Assembly (NCBI GenBank): GCA_037447605.1
Contig: CM074804.1
Coordinates: 7,789,909-7,853,908 of the forward strand
Length of the DNA: 64,000 nt
Direction: 5' to 3'
Source: Zygnema circumcarinatum SAG 698-1b
Taxonomy: Eukaryota; Plantae; Zygnematophyceae
Below, piece after piece: positions 10,419-22,574 of the stretch. Each line of letters opens with the position of its first letter. The stretch's first letter is position 1. The notes under the pieces were generated by a model. That model ran no database searches, was not told where the DNA came from, and was given only the letters and a program-made list of their open reading frames with translations. Position numbers and translations under genes: made by a program.

Positions 10419-13400
10419 CTATTTTCTGCGAAAAACAAAGCGGAAGGCGTTGATGAGGGCCTCCTCCTCGAGAGGCTTATTTAAAAAGACGTCCATACCT
10501 ACCCGCTCCGATTTCAGCCTCACTTCTCGCCCAGTCTCCGTAGTCAACGCGATGATTGGAGTTCGCTTGACTGCCATTCCCGAATCCAACGCAGCTTCTC
10601 TCTCCTTCGCACGGATCCTCGTCGTTGTTTCAAAGCTGTCTCCCATCCCACATCCCCATCCTATTCTAGTGTCAATCACAAGAAAAGCTTCTGAAACGGA
10701 CTCTGCAGGAAAGAACACTCCTTGAGATTGCACTTTGTTCCTGCCATTCACTGTACAAAGAGGGCCAAAAGATCATGTGAGCCCTCTCACCCGTCCATGT
10801 CCACCATATTGATCGCCATGACAACACAGTCGATCTTGTGGGGAGGCCGCAGCCTCTGAACTGCCTCCGAACCACTTGTAGCGCAAACTACAGCCAGCGC
10901 TCCAAGCTTCAAAATGGTCGCCGCCGCTACTTTTCGGTTTACAGCGTCGTCGTCTACCACCTGTTCAACGCAAGGAGTTCACATTTCCAATGAGCCTCGT
11001 GCATGTTGGAAGGATTTGACTCAAATATCATCAGCAATAGGAAAGTGTGCATACTAGAGGAGAAACTGCAACAGTCCTGAGCTGAGATAGTCATCCTCTC
11101 TAAAGAGCACACGAACAGTTGGCAGAAGGGCAGCAAACACATTCTAATAAGAAAGCAAAGACGGCAAACAGTGGAGCCCCCCAAGTCCCTTACCAAAATA
11201 GTTTTCTCCTTGAGAACTTCTTCCTCCTCAAGCAGCCACTGTGTAGCCATCACATCGGATGGCTCCCGTGTGCGCCCATCCCCCTCCAGCACCTGCTGGA
11301 GGCACATACGTAAAGGGCCAGCTCGAATTGGCTTCAGCAAAATCGCTGAAAAGTGGGCCTTCATATGCTCAATCCTATCGTCATCCAACCTGCAGTCACG
11401 GCAGGACAATGTCCCCTTAAGGCTCCATCATTCATCGTGAGAATTCAATCGCAACAAACGAGCCCTATGTTTTTGCTTTAAGTGGAAGCTAACTCTCTCC
11501 TAAGCTCTGAACCACATCCACGTGAAGCAGCCTCTTGAGTACTTGTGAGGCTGCAGTTTGGTGTTGCATATAAGTCAATCAAGAAACGAGGGAAAGGCTG
11601 GCTAAGTAAAGGTCTCTTGGCTTATGCTGCAGTCCATAAACTGGAATTCAATTCATCCCCGGATCCGCTGTTCTACCTTGCCTTCCTAGTCCATAAAGAT
11701 TCTCGATTCAAGGTCCAAAATTCTAGAAGAATCCTGATTTGTCAGCCATCCAATCTTGGGTGTCCCACTCTCACCTGTTTGCCAGCAGCACAAACTTAGG
11801 AAGTTTTGCACTTTGCCAAACGGCTTGATTGTTTCCAAGAACTACCGCCATCAGCCGCACAAAGTCAAGAGCGGAGTCAGGCCCCCCTGCATCCGCATCC
11901 ACCAGAATGACATCCCACCCTTCTTGGCTTGAAGAGGGAGAGCTGCCCCCCTCCTCTCTCGTATCCGAGACACTCTGCAGCATCGACTGCCGAACTGCAA
12001 CTACCGCGCTGTAGATGTTGTCACAGAGGTCGACGTCAAGGCCGAGCCGCCGTAGATACGCCGCGGTAATCTGACACAACGACAACAACAAAGAGGATAA
12101 GGAGAAATTACAAAAAAAAAAAAAAATTACAGTAAAATATGCATTTCATAGCCTCCTCCTGTAGTGACAGTCGGGACGAACCCCTTTTCAATGCAGTCCA
12201 AAGGGCATAAGACAAAGGACAAAATACACACACCAAACAATCATACAGAAAGCGCTTTTGAGCAAGACCCTACCAGAAGAAACATCATACCTGCTGTCGT
12301 AAGCTCCGACCATCCACAACCATCGCTTTCCCTCCCATCGATTTTGCCTGAATTGCAAATTCCCACATGGAAACGTTGAGCTCCTGTTGTCCGTCCGATC
12401 GCTGAAGACACTGCAACTGCACGTCAAACTTGAATGTAGTGCCTACGCCAACTTTGCTCACAAAGTCGATGTGCCCATTCATTGACCGAATTAATCTGCC
12501 AGGCAACAAAAGCCAAAAAGACCCCCCCTTTCACATCGTCAGACTTGGCTTTCCTTAACAAGAGCCTCCAAAGTCACATGTATCTGAACATGGACCCCCC
12601 CACAGAATTTCAGTCAACCGTGTGAAGTCAGAACTGAATTCACCTCTCAGAAAGAGATAGCCCGATTCCAGAAGCCCCTTGCAGCCGCACAAATGGCTGA
12701 AATATTTGCTGTCCTACCCCCTCAGGAATCCCCACGCCTGTATCCTCCACCTGAAACAAGATTCGTACTTCCGACTCCTGCAGAGACTCCTGCTTCATAG
12801 ACAGTTCGTTTGCCTTCATCTCCGCCACTTCAATTGCGCTTCTTATCTCTAACCACGTGTTTGACATGTCGGCTGTCTCCTTGCCACTGAGTGTGTCAAA
12901 CTCAGCCTGTTCATATGGAGCTACGTAGTGGTTTGCTCGCACAGCTCGAGGTGAAGTTGTTATATTTGATTCACTGCTCATACTTGTGCTGGAAACTCTC
13001 CGGCTTAAGGATGGGGTATTATCCGTGTCTGGCTTTAAGCTTACAGTAATGAGGACATGGCCCTCTGGTGTGAACTTGATCGCGTTTCCGACTATGTGGA
13101 GAAGAACCTGAAAGGTTTGTTTGCATTACCGAGGGGAGAACGATGAAAAAGTGTAAGATAGCAAGGAATGAAACGACTGACTGTTGACTACTATAATCTT
13201 CTTCGACCCACAATCTCTCTAGTGGCAGCCTTCTCTGAAAGCAAGCGCTATTTCTTCTTACCTTCCGCAGCCTCACATAGTCTCCAATGAGTGACGAAGG
13301 CACGGAGTCATGGACAAAGGCCGCCACTTCCAGCTTCCCCTCCTTCTCCTGAACATGAGGGGTCACTATTCCCAACACTTCGTCTACCAACACACGGATA

Positions 13401-16400
13401 TTGAAAGCAATGGCTTCGAGTTCCAAATGGCCGGACTCCAAATTGGCAAAATCAAGCGCATCATTGATGAGATATATGAGGGCTTTTCCACTCGCTTCGG
13501 CTGTGCGTGCATAATCGATCTGCTGACGATCCAAGGAGGTCTTGAGGAGCAGATTGATCATGCCTAAAATTCCTGCAGTAAAATTGCCAAAACGGTTTTG
13601 CTTCAGGGAGGGTACAGAAAAGAAATCATAATGCGAAAAAAACATTAGTCGATTTCATTAACAGAATTACTCCACCTCTGCGGTTAAAGAAATGCCGCAA
13701 CCTGAAAACTTTTGCGACTCCAGCCCAACTTGTACGAATGTAAGAAGCTGAAAATATACGCATATGAGCCACTGTCGACTGTTTCAAATTGTGTTGATAC
13801 GAAGGCCCAGAAAAGCAGAAAGGAACCGATCGCATACCGTTCATTGGACTCCGAATCTCGTGAGTCATAGTGCTTAAAAATGACGACTTAGCAGCATTTC
13901 CTTCTTCTGCTGCCTGCTTCAATGCTGTCATCTTTGCATAATCCTTTTTCATTTGCTCAAAGCGTTTGAGTGCCCCGGACACTATTTGGATAAGTAGAAG
14001 GTGAATGACAAGTGTTCCCAACCCCAGCAGCAATGCTGGAGGTGGAAAATAGACTTCACGTTCAAATCTGCACCGCATCTCATGGTGTCTCGCGGGATCC
14101 CCCAAATTCATCCTTTGTACAAGCCACTTGGGATCGTCCAAGACCGTTCGATCGATTTCTTTCCACACTAAGCTGCTGTGGGTGAGAGATTTGTATGTGC
14201 CCGGTGGGAGCAGAGGGGTCCGTTGGGACACCTCCACTCCCGGGGGTTCATAAACAGGTATGGGATGATTGGGATCGCTGACATCATCCAGCCTCATCAG
14301 AATGTGATCAGAGCTGTCACACTTCGCCGAGCGTTGGAACTGCCTGCAAGGAAGAGGGCAATACGTGTTGGGAGACCCCATGAAGCAGATGCATATGCAC
14401 TCCAAAAATGCAATGGGAGCTGACTCGGCTTCATGTCCTGCAACTCTCCTCCCAGTCTCCCGACAGAGAATTGCCTTCAGAAGACTCTTTGCTTGTGAAA
14501 ACTCTCATACATGGACTCCCAGGTCAAGGACGAGGTTGCAGCCATGCCTGGCATCTTACTCGAACACTGTCTCAATTGTTACATCGAAGTTGAGTGTGGC
14601 TAACACATAGCCCAGAGTAGCAGCAGCTCTCTCCTTAGGCTCAGCGATTTTGTCCCGTACAGGAACAATTACAAGAAGTCCCAGCTTCTGGTACTGCAAT
14701 AGAGAGAGAGAGAGAGAAAGAGAGAGAGAGCATGTGAACCTAAAAACAAACTCGGTTACGCACTTCGTACTGCCGAATTCCCTGTGCTGAAAGATCCTCA
14801 GCAGCAAAAACCACCTTTGGGAGAGCAAGCGTTCAACAGAGTTTATTCTGATTAAGCCTCGGTAACCGAAGAACAGCAGAGGACTGACTTCTAGTTCAGT
14901 GGCTAATGACTATTCCACACGCAGCCGAATGTCGAGGTAACCCACTAGTCTCTTATGCCCATCCTTGTACCGAGAGCTACATCAGCTCTTAACTGTGAGC
15001 TACTGCTCACAAAGAAAGACAAGGATCGCAGGACAAATAACTAACGCTCCATACTCTCCGTCTGAAGCAGTGACAATGTTTTGTTTTGCTTCAAAAGCCT
15101 GGCAAAGGTAGAGGGAATCTTACATCTGATGCAATGAGTGGGAAAGGCCATGAAAATGCCAAGTCAGCATATCCTTTGGCACGTGTAAAGACCTCATGGT
15201 GAAGGTCGGATATGGACAACATATCTCGCGCTTCAAACAACTCCATGTTCGGACCATGTGTCTTTACCACATACTCCTCTTGCATCGAACGGATGCCCTG
15301 TGCAGACAGGAAACTGTACTTCACATCAGCTCGCATCCCAGGCCCAGGGTGCGACACACAGAGAATGTTTTCTGAACAAGCATAAGAATCGGAAGTTCAA
15401 GAAAAACATATTAATCATAACAGAATCAGACACGACATCATCATCATCTTTTCTTTCTAGAAAAAATGCATGTCACTGCACATCATGCTCGGCGAGACTG
15501 CAGGTTTCCTAGCCCTGAAGAAGAAGAAACATATAGTGCCTCTTGGACTTTTAATTAGAAAGTGAACCCTGTTTGCCAAGAGTATATCCGTACCCCAATA
15601 CAAAGGTGGCGAGAGGCAGGAAACAGACACCTCCGTGTGCCAGTCGAGGATGGGAGTTCCGAGGCACTCCTCAAAGGCAGCTCGTTGAGAGTGCGTGATA
15701 CGGGCCGCATATGCCAGCCTATCCACCATTGGATATCGGGAAGATTTTGTTTCCTCTAAATAATCATTGACAGTTTTCTGCTTAACACAATCCCCACCCA
15801 TTGTGTCAGACTGCAGGGGGTGCAGGTTCAAAGGGTGTTGTTCGTAGGTAAGACAGAGAGCACAAATAGCCGAATCGACTGTGCACTCACATTGTCACTA
15901 AGCTGTATTTTTGTCAATGGAGAAAGCTCCAGCAAACAATTATCAAATATGCGGGTATATCGCCTGAGGTTCATGGTTAATCCTACGGTAAGGAACACCT
16001 TTGTGTGGAAATAGGAGAGTCAACGGTATGCGACAATGGAGCACAAGCATTTACTTAAAATAATGAGCTTTCTATGTCCAGTTCACAACTTCCAATAGAG
16101 AAACCTGTCTACGAACAGTAGAACTATAGAGGTCATGAGATGGTCTAATCTGCTCTCCCACCAAATTCAGAAAAAAAGCGGTCAATTGTCTTCAAGAATG
16201 GAGTAAATCTGCATGAAGAGCATAAACATGAGGATCACTGAATCATTTTGCATGCCAGTCGTACCTCATCAACTCTAGGAATGAAGGGAAGGTCACAAGG
16301 AGCCTTTCCTCTCCCCAAGGCTGGAAGCCGAGTGGGCGGAGTGAGATGATTTGAGTGGTTCGCTGTCCGTAGGAAAACCTGCACATTGCTACTTTCTTTT

Positions 16401-17642
16401 TGTAAGACACTACCACTCACAAACCATGAAACAGCCACCTATGCATAGGTGGCTGTGTCCTGCCATTTTTTAGTATTAATGTGATGTGTAGATATTGCGG
16501 AATGAGAATGAACTAAGACTATCAAGCATTTCAGCTCCTTGCCGCGATTTCGTGAAAACCTTACAACTCTTGGTGTGATTTATAATCGAATGAAATACAT
16601 CGACACCTAACTTTCTAACAACGGTTTCACTCCTTTGCTGTATATATATATGGCCTTGTATACAACTAATTTAAAAACAACAAAAAGTATGCAGTAAATG
16701 CACCGTAAATGCGGGGCAATTCGTACAAATTAAATTCACATTTCTGAAACAGGTCACTGCTTATGAAGACTAAAACAGGCACAGGAAAAGCTTTGACATA
16801 TGGGAGAATCTGGGAAAGGATATCTTTCCTTCAAAAAAAGTGCTCTACACAACATCTGCTTCAGTGCATGTGCTTGTATGTGTACAGGTGTATGTCGAAA
16901 ATACTTGCTTATAGCACACAAGTAGTTGTGCATCGTATTCTCACAATGACTTTGGCAAACGCAATGTAATCTAATGATTCGGTGCCTGCGTTGAATTGAC
17001 GGAGTAAAACGGTGTTTGCTGAAAACTGTCTCGTTTCAAATTCTCATTCAGACTGGAACAAAGGCTGCAAGTACCTGAGCTGTTTTCACGTGGTTGGTGC
17101 TCTGCTTGAGCAGGCCCTCTACGATTCTCCGGCGGTCCGAACAGACAGTTTCAAGCTGCCGGCAGCCACGCCAACGCACGGAAGTCAGATACAAGTCGTT
17201 GGGTTCGCACTGGTTGTATTGAAAGCTGACGCACCGCTTCATGCATAAATTTGTGACGAAGGTCAAGAAAAAAAAAGGCCACGATCGACTACAGGCGAGT
17301 AGAACGTTCAGTTCTATCTTTCTAAGTCGGTGTCTCAAAAGAAAATCAGCACACACGGTAACATATGACGACTACCTGGTGTTCCCGCGGCTGGGAGAAG
17401 CTTTTCCTGCCATGCTCGAAAGAAAATAGCGCAGCCACGATGCCAATGCCATGCCATAGAACGAGAAACCCCCGGTTCAGCTGCTTGCGGCTTGGCGGGG
17501 CTCGAGAAGAAGCGGCTGCAGGCCGCCCTGACTGTCCACTGTATGCGGAGGAGCCAGAAAAATCCCCCTTTACTAGTTCTAAGCCGTCTTCCGCCTCTTT
17601 CCCTCTCCGTCTCAGAGAGTGCTCCGTTGAAGCTCCGGCCAT
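10419..17642 (-). CDS. CHK: CHASE-domain hybrid histidine kinase (AHK2/3/4 cytokinin-receptor family), ~1066 aa, with a pseudo-receiver
   Basis: Exons: 17642-17376, 17155-17075, (possibly 16378-16265), 15810-15631, 15297-15124, 14693-14560, 14343-13838, 13572-13262, 13107-12644, 12495-12291, 12070-11775, 11389-11194, 10960-10791, 10635-10419. Motifs: TM-QLETVCSDRRRI...NHV (CHASE start); LGDPARHHEMRCRF; H-box KSSFLSTMTHEIRSPMNG; N-box IVGNAIKFT; G1 VEDTGVGIP; G2 SGIGLSLS; receiver-like domain; receiver VVDDDAVNRKVA...MDGFETTTRIR...PIIALT...FLNKP. Confidence 0.93.
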
Positions 17643-17703
17643 GGCGGACGCTGATGGATGCTGACGTATGCCTTGGAACAAACGACTTTGAAAGTACTGT
17701 AGG

Positions 17704-18134
17704 TAGGGTTGGGGGCACGGGGCACGGGCATGCCCGGGGGGGGGGCATGCCCCCCATTTTTGACCGTCCGTGCCCGGGGCACGCCTCCAAAAATTTTCCC
17801 CATATATTTCGTGCCCCCCCGTGCCCCCTGTCACGTGACGCTTACCTCGTACGACCAGGCCCGGGCCGGTGACGATTGTTGTGTTGAGTACTGTCCGTAC
17901 ATTTCATATTTTCCCGTACATGTGTACCTTTATTCGTACGTTTAGTACATTCATCTGTACTTTCTGTACCTTCGTCCGTACCGTTTTTAAAATAGTATAT
18001 TCTTTTTGGGGCCGATTTGAATTGCTCAATGCAGTCACGTCACGGGGCACGAAAAAGGGGCATGCCCCCCCCCAAGGGGGGGGGGGCACGTGCCCCTGGG
18101 CACGGGTCGGAGGGGGACCGTGCCCCCAACCCTA
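17704..18134. mobile_element. 431-bp hAT-superfamily MITE
   Basis: Perfect 17-bp TIR TAGGGTTGGGGGCACGG (17704-17720; reverse complement at 18118-18134). Exact 8-bp TSD ACTGTAGG (17696-17703 and 18135-18142). A TAGGG terminus with an 8-bp TSD is the hAT (Ac/Ds) signature. Confidence 0.93.
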
Positions 18135-18605
18135 ACTGTAGGCCCATTGAGGGGGGAGCAGCTCGCTGGGGCTCCGTGTGGGTCCCGTCATTCTTGTTCC
18201 GTTTGACGGGACGCTGAACGATAGATCTACAAGCATAGAGCCTGTTAGCAGCAGAGTTAGCGCAGTTATGTATATAAATTCCCGTTGCACTGTTCAGTAC
18301 ATTTCCGCCATTCACCAGTTCCATGTCGATGAGGAGAAACCTTCCCTAGCAATCCTATCAGCCTTGCATGGTTCCATGCATGAGTTCAACAAGTCCATGT
18401 TTAACAATCTCCATTTTCGAAACTGCACTGTGGGTTCCTGTTTGTTTTACTGCTTAGTTAGCGACTTAACAGTGGTCCACTGGGTTTGTTGCCTCCCTGG
18501 AGGCGTCGAATGTCCATGTTCACATGTTTTACCACTTTTCTGGGTGGCCAATGCCATCGAGGTAAGGCACGTGCCCATCTGCAAACGTCCACTACAGTAG
18601 TTGTA

Positions 18606-18806
18606 ATGCAATGCATGCGTTCACACATGCACGCCTCTACACATCCATACCATGCCTCATCCATCCATACATCCATGCATAAATATACACATGGCTTCCA
18701 CATCAATCCATGCATGCATACATGTACACATGGCTTCCACATCAATTCATACGTGCATGCATGCATACATGTACACATGGCTTCCATGTCAATCCATGCA
18801 TGCATA
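18606..18806. repeat. CATG-rich tandem repeat (~39-43-bp unit, about 3 copies)
   Basis: Unit acacatggcttccacatcaatccatgcatgcatacatgt recurs with variation and gives several CATGCATG motifs. Confidence 0.7.
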
Positions 18807-19364
18807 GGTGCAGGCACGGCTGCGGGCCAACACGGCAGGAAGCCAACAGGAGAGAACCCAACACCCGCTACTCAGCACAGAGAGAAGCATTCACTGAAGA
18901 ACGCCGTCCGTTATTTCGAAGAAAACAAACAATAACAAAAAATGCAGGTCCGTGAACCAGAAAGGAGCTTATCCCCTCTCCCTAGAAAAAACCCTGTAGC
19001 TACCCAAAGCCCAGCTGCCCTTCTGGCCCATCTGCCATCTGCTGCCTTCTGCTCTAACGCATCGACGCTCCCAAAGGCAGAGGGCGTTGAGCTACAGTAG
19101 GGCTCCTCAAGCTGAATTTACCTCCTAAATGCCCGACCTACCCTTCATACAAAGTATACATAACCCCTCTCCATAAGGAGACCCTTTATTCGCCGCCCCA
19201 TCTTCTATCGTACACAGCCGGCGGACCCACAGAACAAGCACTTTTCCTTCGGCCCAAGAGGCATAACCCTCTCTCTCTCTCTCCCTCCCTCTCTCTCTCT
19301 CTCTCTCTCCCTCCCTCTCTCTCTCTCTCTCTCTTCTTGTCCTTCCCCTGCCTTAATAATAAAC

Positions 19365-21090
19365 CTAACTGCTGATCTGCTGCGGCGGTCTGATCCTAAC
19401 ATCGTAAATTGTCGAATAGAAGTAGGCTGGCGAGAGCACCCCTCCGACCTCCACCCGCGCCGCCACACTCATCTTGATCTGGAGAGGGATGACCCCCACG
19501 ACCTCGTCCGCCTGCAGGTAGTGCCCCACCTCCGCCACCGGGCAGGCGTTGCACCGCCAATAGACGGAGACGTACGTGGAGTTCTGAGGGGGCTGCGAAA
19601 TGGACTCGGCGGTCACGTTGGCCAACAGCACGCCCTGGTATATTATGGAGAGGGTGGTGTTCTCATAGTGGAGGAGGATGTTGCCGTTAGGGTTGTCTGC
19701 CCTAAGGATCAGCTCCGCGTCTGTGTAGAGGTATACGAGTGGCTGGGGGCTGCCCATGGAGCCTCCCGGAGCTTGCAGCTGGCCATCCGTGTCGCGGAAA
19801 GTCTTCCACCACTGGAGTCAGGCAAGCAAGCAGATAACAAGCAAGGGATGTTTTTTAGAGTTAACGCAAAAAGAATCATTCAAAAAGGAAGGGATGGGAA
19901 AAGTTGTTGAAGAAACGAAAGCCAAACAAGTGGTAAATAGTAGTAGTAATAGTAAATAGAAAAAGGAGTGAAAACATGGTGGCTGGGATCCATGGGGCGG
20001 CGGGCTGACCTTCATTCGAATTTCCTCAAGCTCGTAGGTCGGCTGCTTGGGTTCCAGCGTAAAGAAGGCTATGAGGAGAAAAATGCCAAAAGCGACAGAG
20101 AGAAGAAAGAGAATGAGGGTGAACCACAAGCAGAGGCGATAGAGGAGGGGCCCCTTGAAGAGAGCTCCCTGCGACAAGGAAGAAAACACGACGAAAGTGA
20201 GGAGGGGGAGTCAGGTCACCTTAGGCTAATCACAGAATGGACATTATGATAGGTCTCGGAGGGAGAGAAAAGAGAGCGAGAAGCGAAGGAAGTGGAGATG
20301 AGAGAGGGATGTGAAGGGGAGGTCGACCCCTCTTTCTCCATCCGCCCCCACCGCCTCTTCCCGCTTCGCTCCCTCTCCTTCTCCACCTCCTTTTCCCCCA
20401 CACCCTCCGCACCTCTCTCATCCCCCCTCTCTTCCCCCCACTCAACCTCCCTCCCTCCCACCCCTCCTCTCTCACCTTCTGCCCCATTCGGCGGCCGTGC
20501 TTCCCAATGTCCACGAGCGCAAAGGCGGGAGGCAGCGGCAGGTTGTAGGCCTTCCCCTCGTGCTGAAAGAAGCGCTGCCCCCTTATGTCTCTCGCAGTGG
20601 GCGACGCCCTCTCTCCCTGTGTGAACTCCATGTCCGCCATCGCGCCCTCTCCCAGGCCCCCACCTCCCGCCCCCCCTCCCATCGCTACCTCCGGGTCGTA
20701 CACGTCCCTCTCCCTCTCCCTCTCCCTCTCCCTTTCCCTCTCCCTCTCCCTCTCGGGGGGCTCGTCAGGGATACGCCGAGGCCGGCTCCGCATCTTGCGC
20801 GCCTGCGCGGCAATTTGAGCCGCGGTGCGGGCCGTGGCCTGGGCCGCCTCCTCCTGCTGCGCCTGCTGCGCGGCCTGCAGGATGAGGCTGCCCACGCGGC
20901 CGGAGACGGAGGCGGAGGAGCCTTCTTGGGGCGGGCTTCTGGAGTTGGAGATTTGAGGCAGTCTGCGGGGAGGTTCCCCCGCCGAGGCCATGGATTCTGG
21001 GCTGCGAGAGGAGCCGCGGGGGGGAGAGGCGGGGCGGGAGCGCGCCTCTTGGTAGTCTCCACCGCCTCCGCCGGACTCCCAGTCTGCCAT
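19365..21090 (-). CDS. LEA_2 / NDR1-HIN1-like membrane protein, ~406 aa
   Basis: Exons 21090-20476, 20168-20010, 19811-19365, all phase 0. A TM helix (LCLWFTLILFLLSVAFGIFLLIAFFTLEPKQPTYEL) is followed by a typical LEA_2 core (LILRADNPNGNILLHYENTTLSIIYQGVLLA...FISQPPQN-type segment...GVIPLQIKMSVAARVEVG). Confidence 0.85.
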
Positions 21091-21266
21091 GGTGTAGTCA
21101 GAGAGGGGGGATCTTTAAGGTTTGAGGGAGTGGGGGGAGGGAGAGAGGAAGAGGGTCGGAGGAGAGACTATGGAGGAAAGTAGCTCCACCCAGTCGCTAT
21201 CTCACTGCCATAAACCCTAATTCTTAATCAACCTTTTCGTTCTCGTTAGAAGCGCATGCGGCGATG

Positions 21267-21268
<2 letters not shown>

Positions 21269-21320
<52 letters not shown>
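21269..21320. repeat. (GA)n microsatellite upstream of the LEA_2 gene
   Basis: Uninterrupted GA dinucleotide run. Confidence 0.95.
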
Positions 21321-21326
<6 letters not shown>

Positions 21327-21779
21327 TGGCAGTTGCAGCATTATGCCCGCCCCCCCGCCCCCGCCCCCCCAACTTAACCGCCCGAAACAACCGCCGCCAG
21401 CACCGGACGGGACCGGCGTCCGGCGGTCGTTTCGTCCCTGACGGCGGAGCTTGTCGTCTTGTGCGGCAGCTCTCTAGGGTTCCGGAAACGGACGGGTGTT
21501 CGTACGGTACGGTCTTTCGTAATGACGGGGGATTCTGGACGGGGCCGCGTGATGACTCGGCAGATCTATGTACGGGTAATACCGGTACTACCGGTATTAG
21601 GTCTCACGTTTTATGGCGGGTAAAGTCGGTAAGAACGTTATCCTTGCGATGCCGGTACCGGAACCAGACTTTGTCGTCGTTCAACGTACTTTGGAAGGAC
21701 AACGGTTCTATGGCCCTAGGGTACCGTACTCACATTAAGTCTACGGGTAACGGATCATAGAATGCGGGTAAACATTACC

Positions 21780-21843
21780 TGACGTCACTTCCAAGTCTGC
21801 TGACGTAGAATCCACGTGGACGACAACAACATTGCCACGTGTC
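21780..21843. promoter_or_regulatory. Cluster of four ACGT-core (G-box/ABRE-like) motifs ~700 bp upstream of the LEA_2 ATG
   Basis: TGACGTCA (21780), TGACGTAG (21801), CCACGTGG (21812) and GCCACGTGTC (21834) within 64 bp. Function is inferred. Confidence 0.45.
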
Positions 21844-22574
21844 GTTAATTTTCATGCTATACTGCGCACTCAACGCTTGAACTGTGATTCGAGCGTTCTT
21901 GCAGAAGCCGTTATAGTTACAGTTACCGGAAGTGAGAGGAAGCAAGTTGGGGTGTCTCGGGGGAGTCGGTGAATGTGAACTTAGGATTGCATAAGGCCAA
22001 TGCGGCAGATGTGAAAATCCAGTTCTTGGAAGGCGAGGTCCGGCCAATGACTGAGGTGGAATTTTCTCTGCATGTTTGGGACTTCGATTTTCTTGGCCTC
22101 GACTCGCTTCAGTGAAAGCGGCCACCTGTTGCTCCTAATTTTCTCTCGCCGAAGAAAGTATAAAGCTCCTTGCAAGAGCACATACAAGTTTATCTCACTT
22201 CTCTGATGGTAATGTTTGAGCTTCTCTTTGCTCAGCAATGTTTGGTGACGAGCTCATTACATTAACTGCTCCCACAAGCAACCAAGTTTCGCATGTTCGC
22301 GAGATTTTTCCCTCGTCTGATCTGAAGTTGGACATGTGAGGAGGTCTCGATCAGGAAGACATCTCGCTATTGCCCCGCAAGCCTTTCTCTCCTCTACCTT
22401 ATCCATGTTGCTGCTTCTGTTGTTTGTCTTCCTTGCAAAAGGAAAACACCACATGCTCCACCAAAGAAAAGCAGATAAAGAGTCTGAATTCCTCTCAAAG
22501 TTATCTTACATATTGTTCCCGGAAGAAAAAAAACGCAAGATTCTAATGAAGAAGAGCAAGTAAGGAAGTCGCCA

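Noticed and set aside
10636-10751. Receiver sequence AFLVIDTRIGWGCGMGDS from ORF 10419-10751, which would supply an Asp
   Set aside because: This stretch is intronic. The conserved MDG|FE junction (GG|gt...ag|C) places the exon start at 10635.
13045-13107. Apparent donor ACT|GTAAGC after the CHK N-box
   Set aside because: The frame reads through without a stop into 12981 and keeps the expected HVLITV strand, so no intron is needed.
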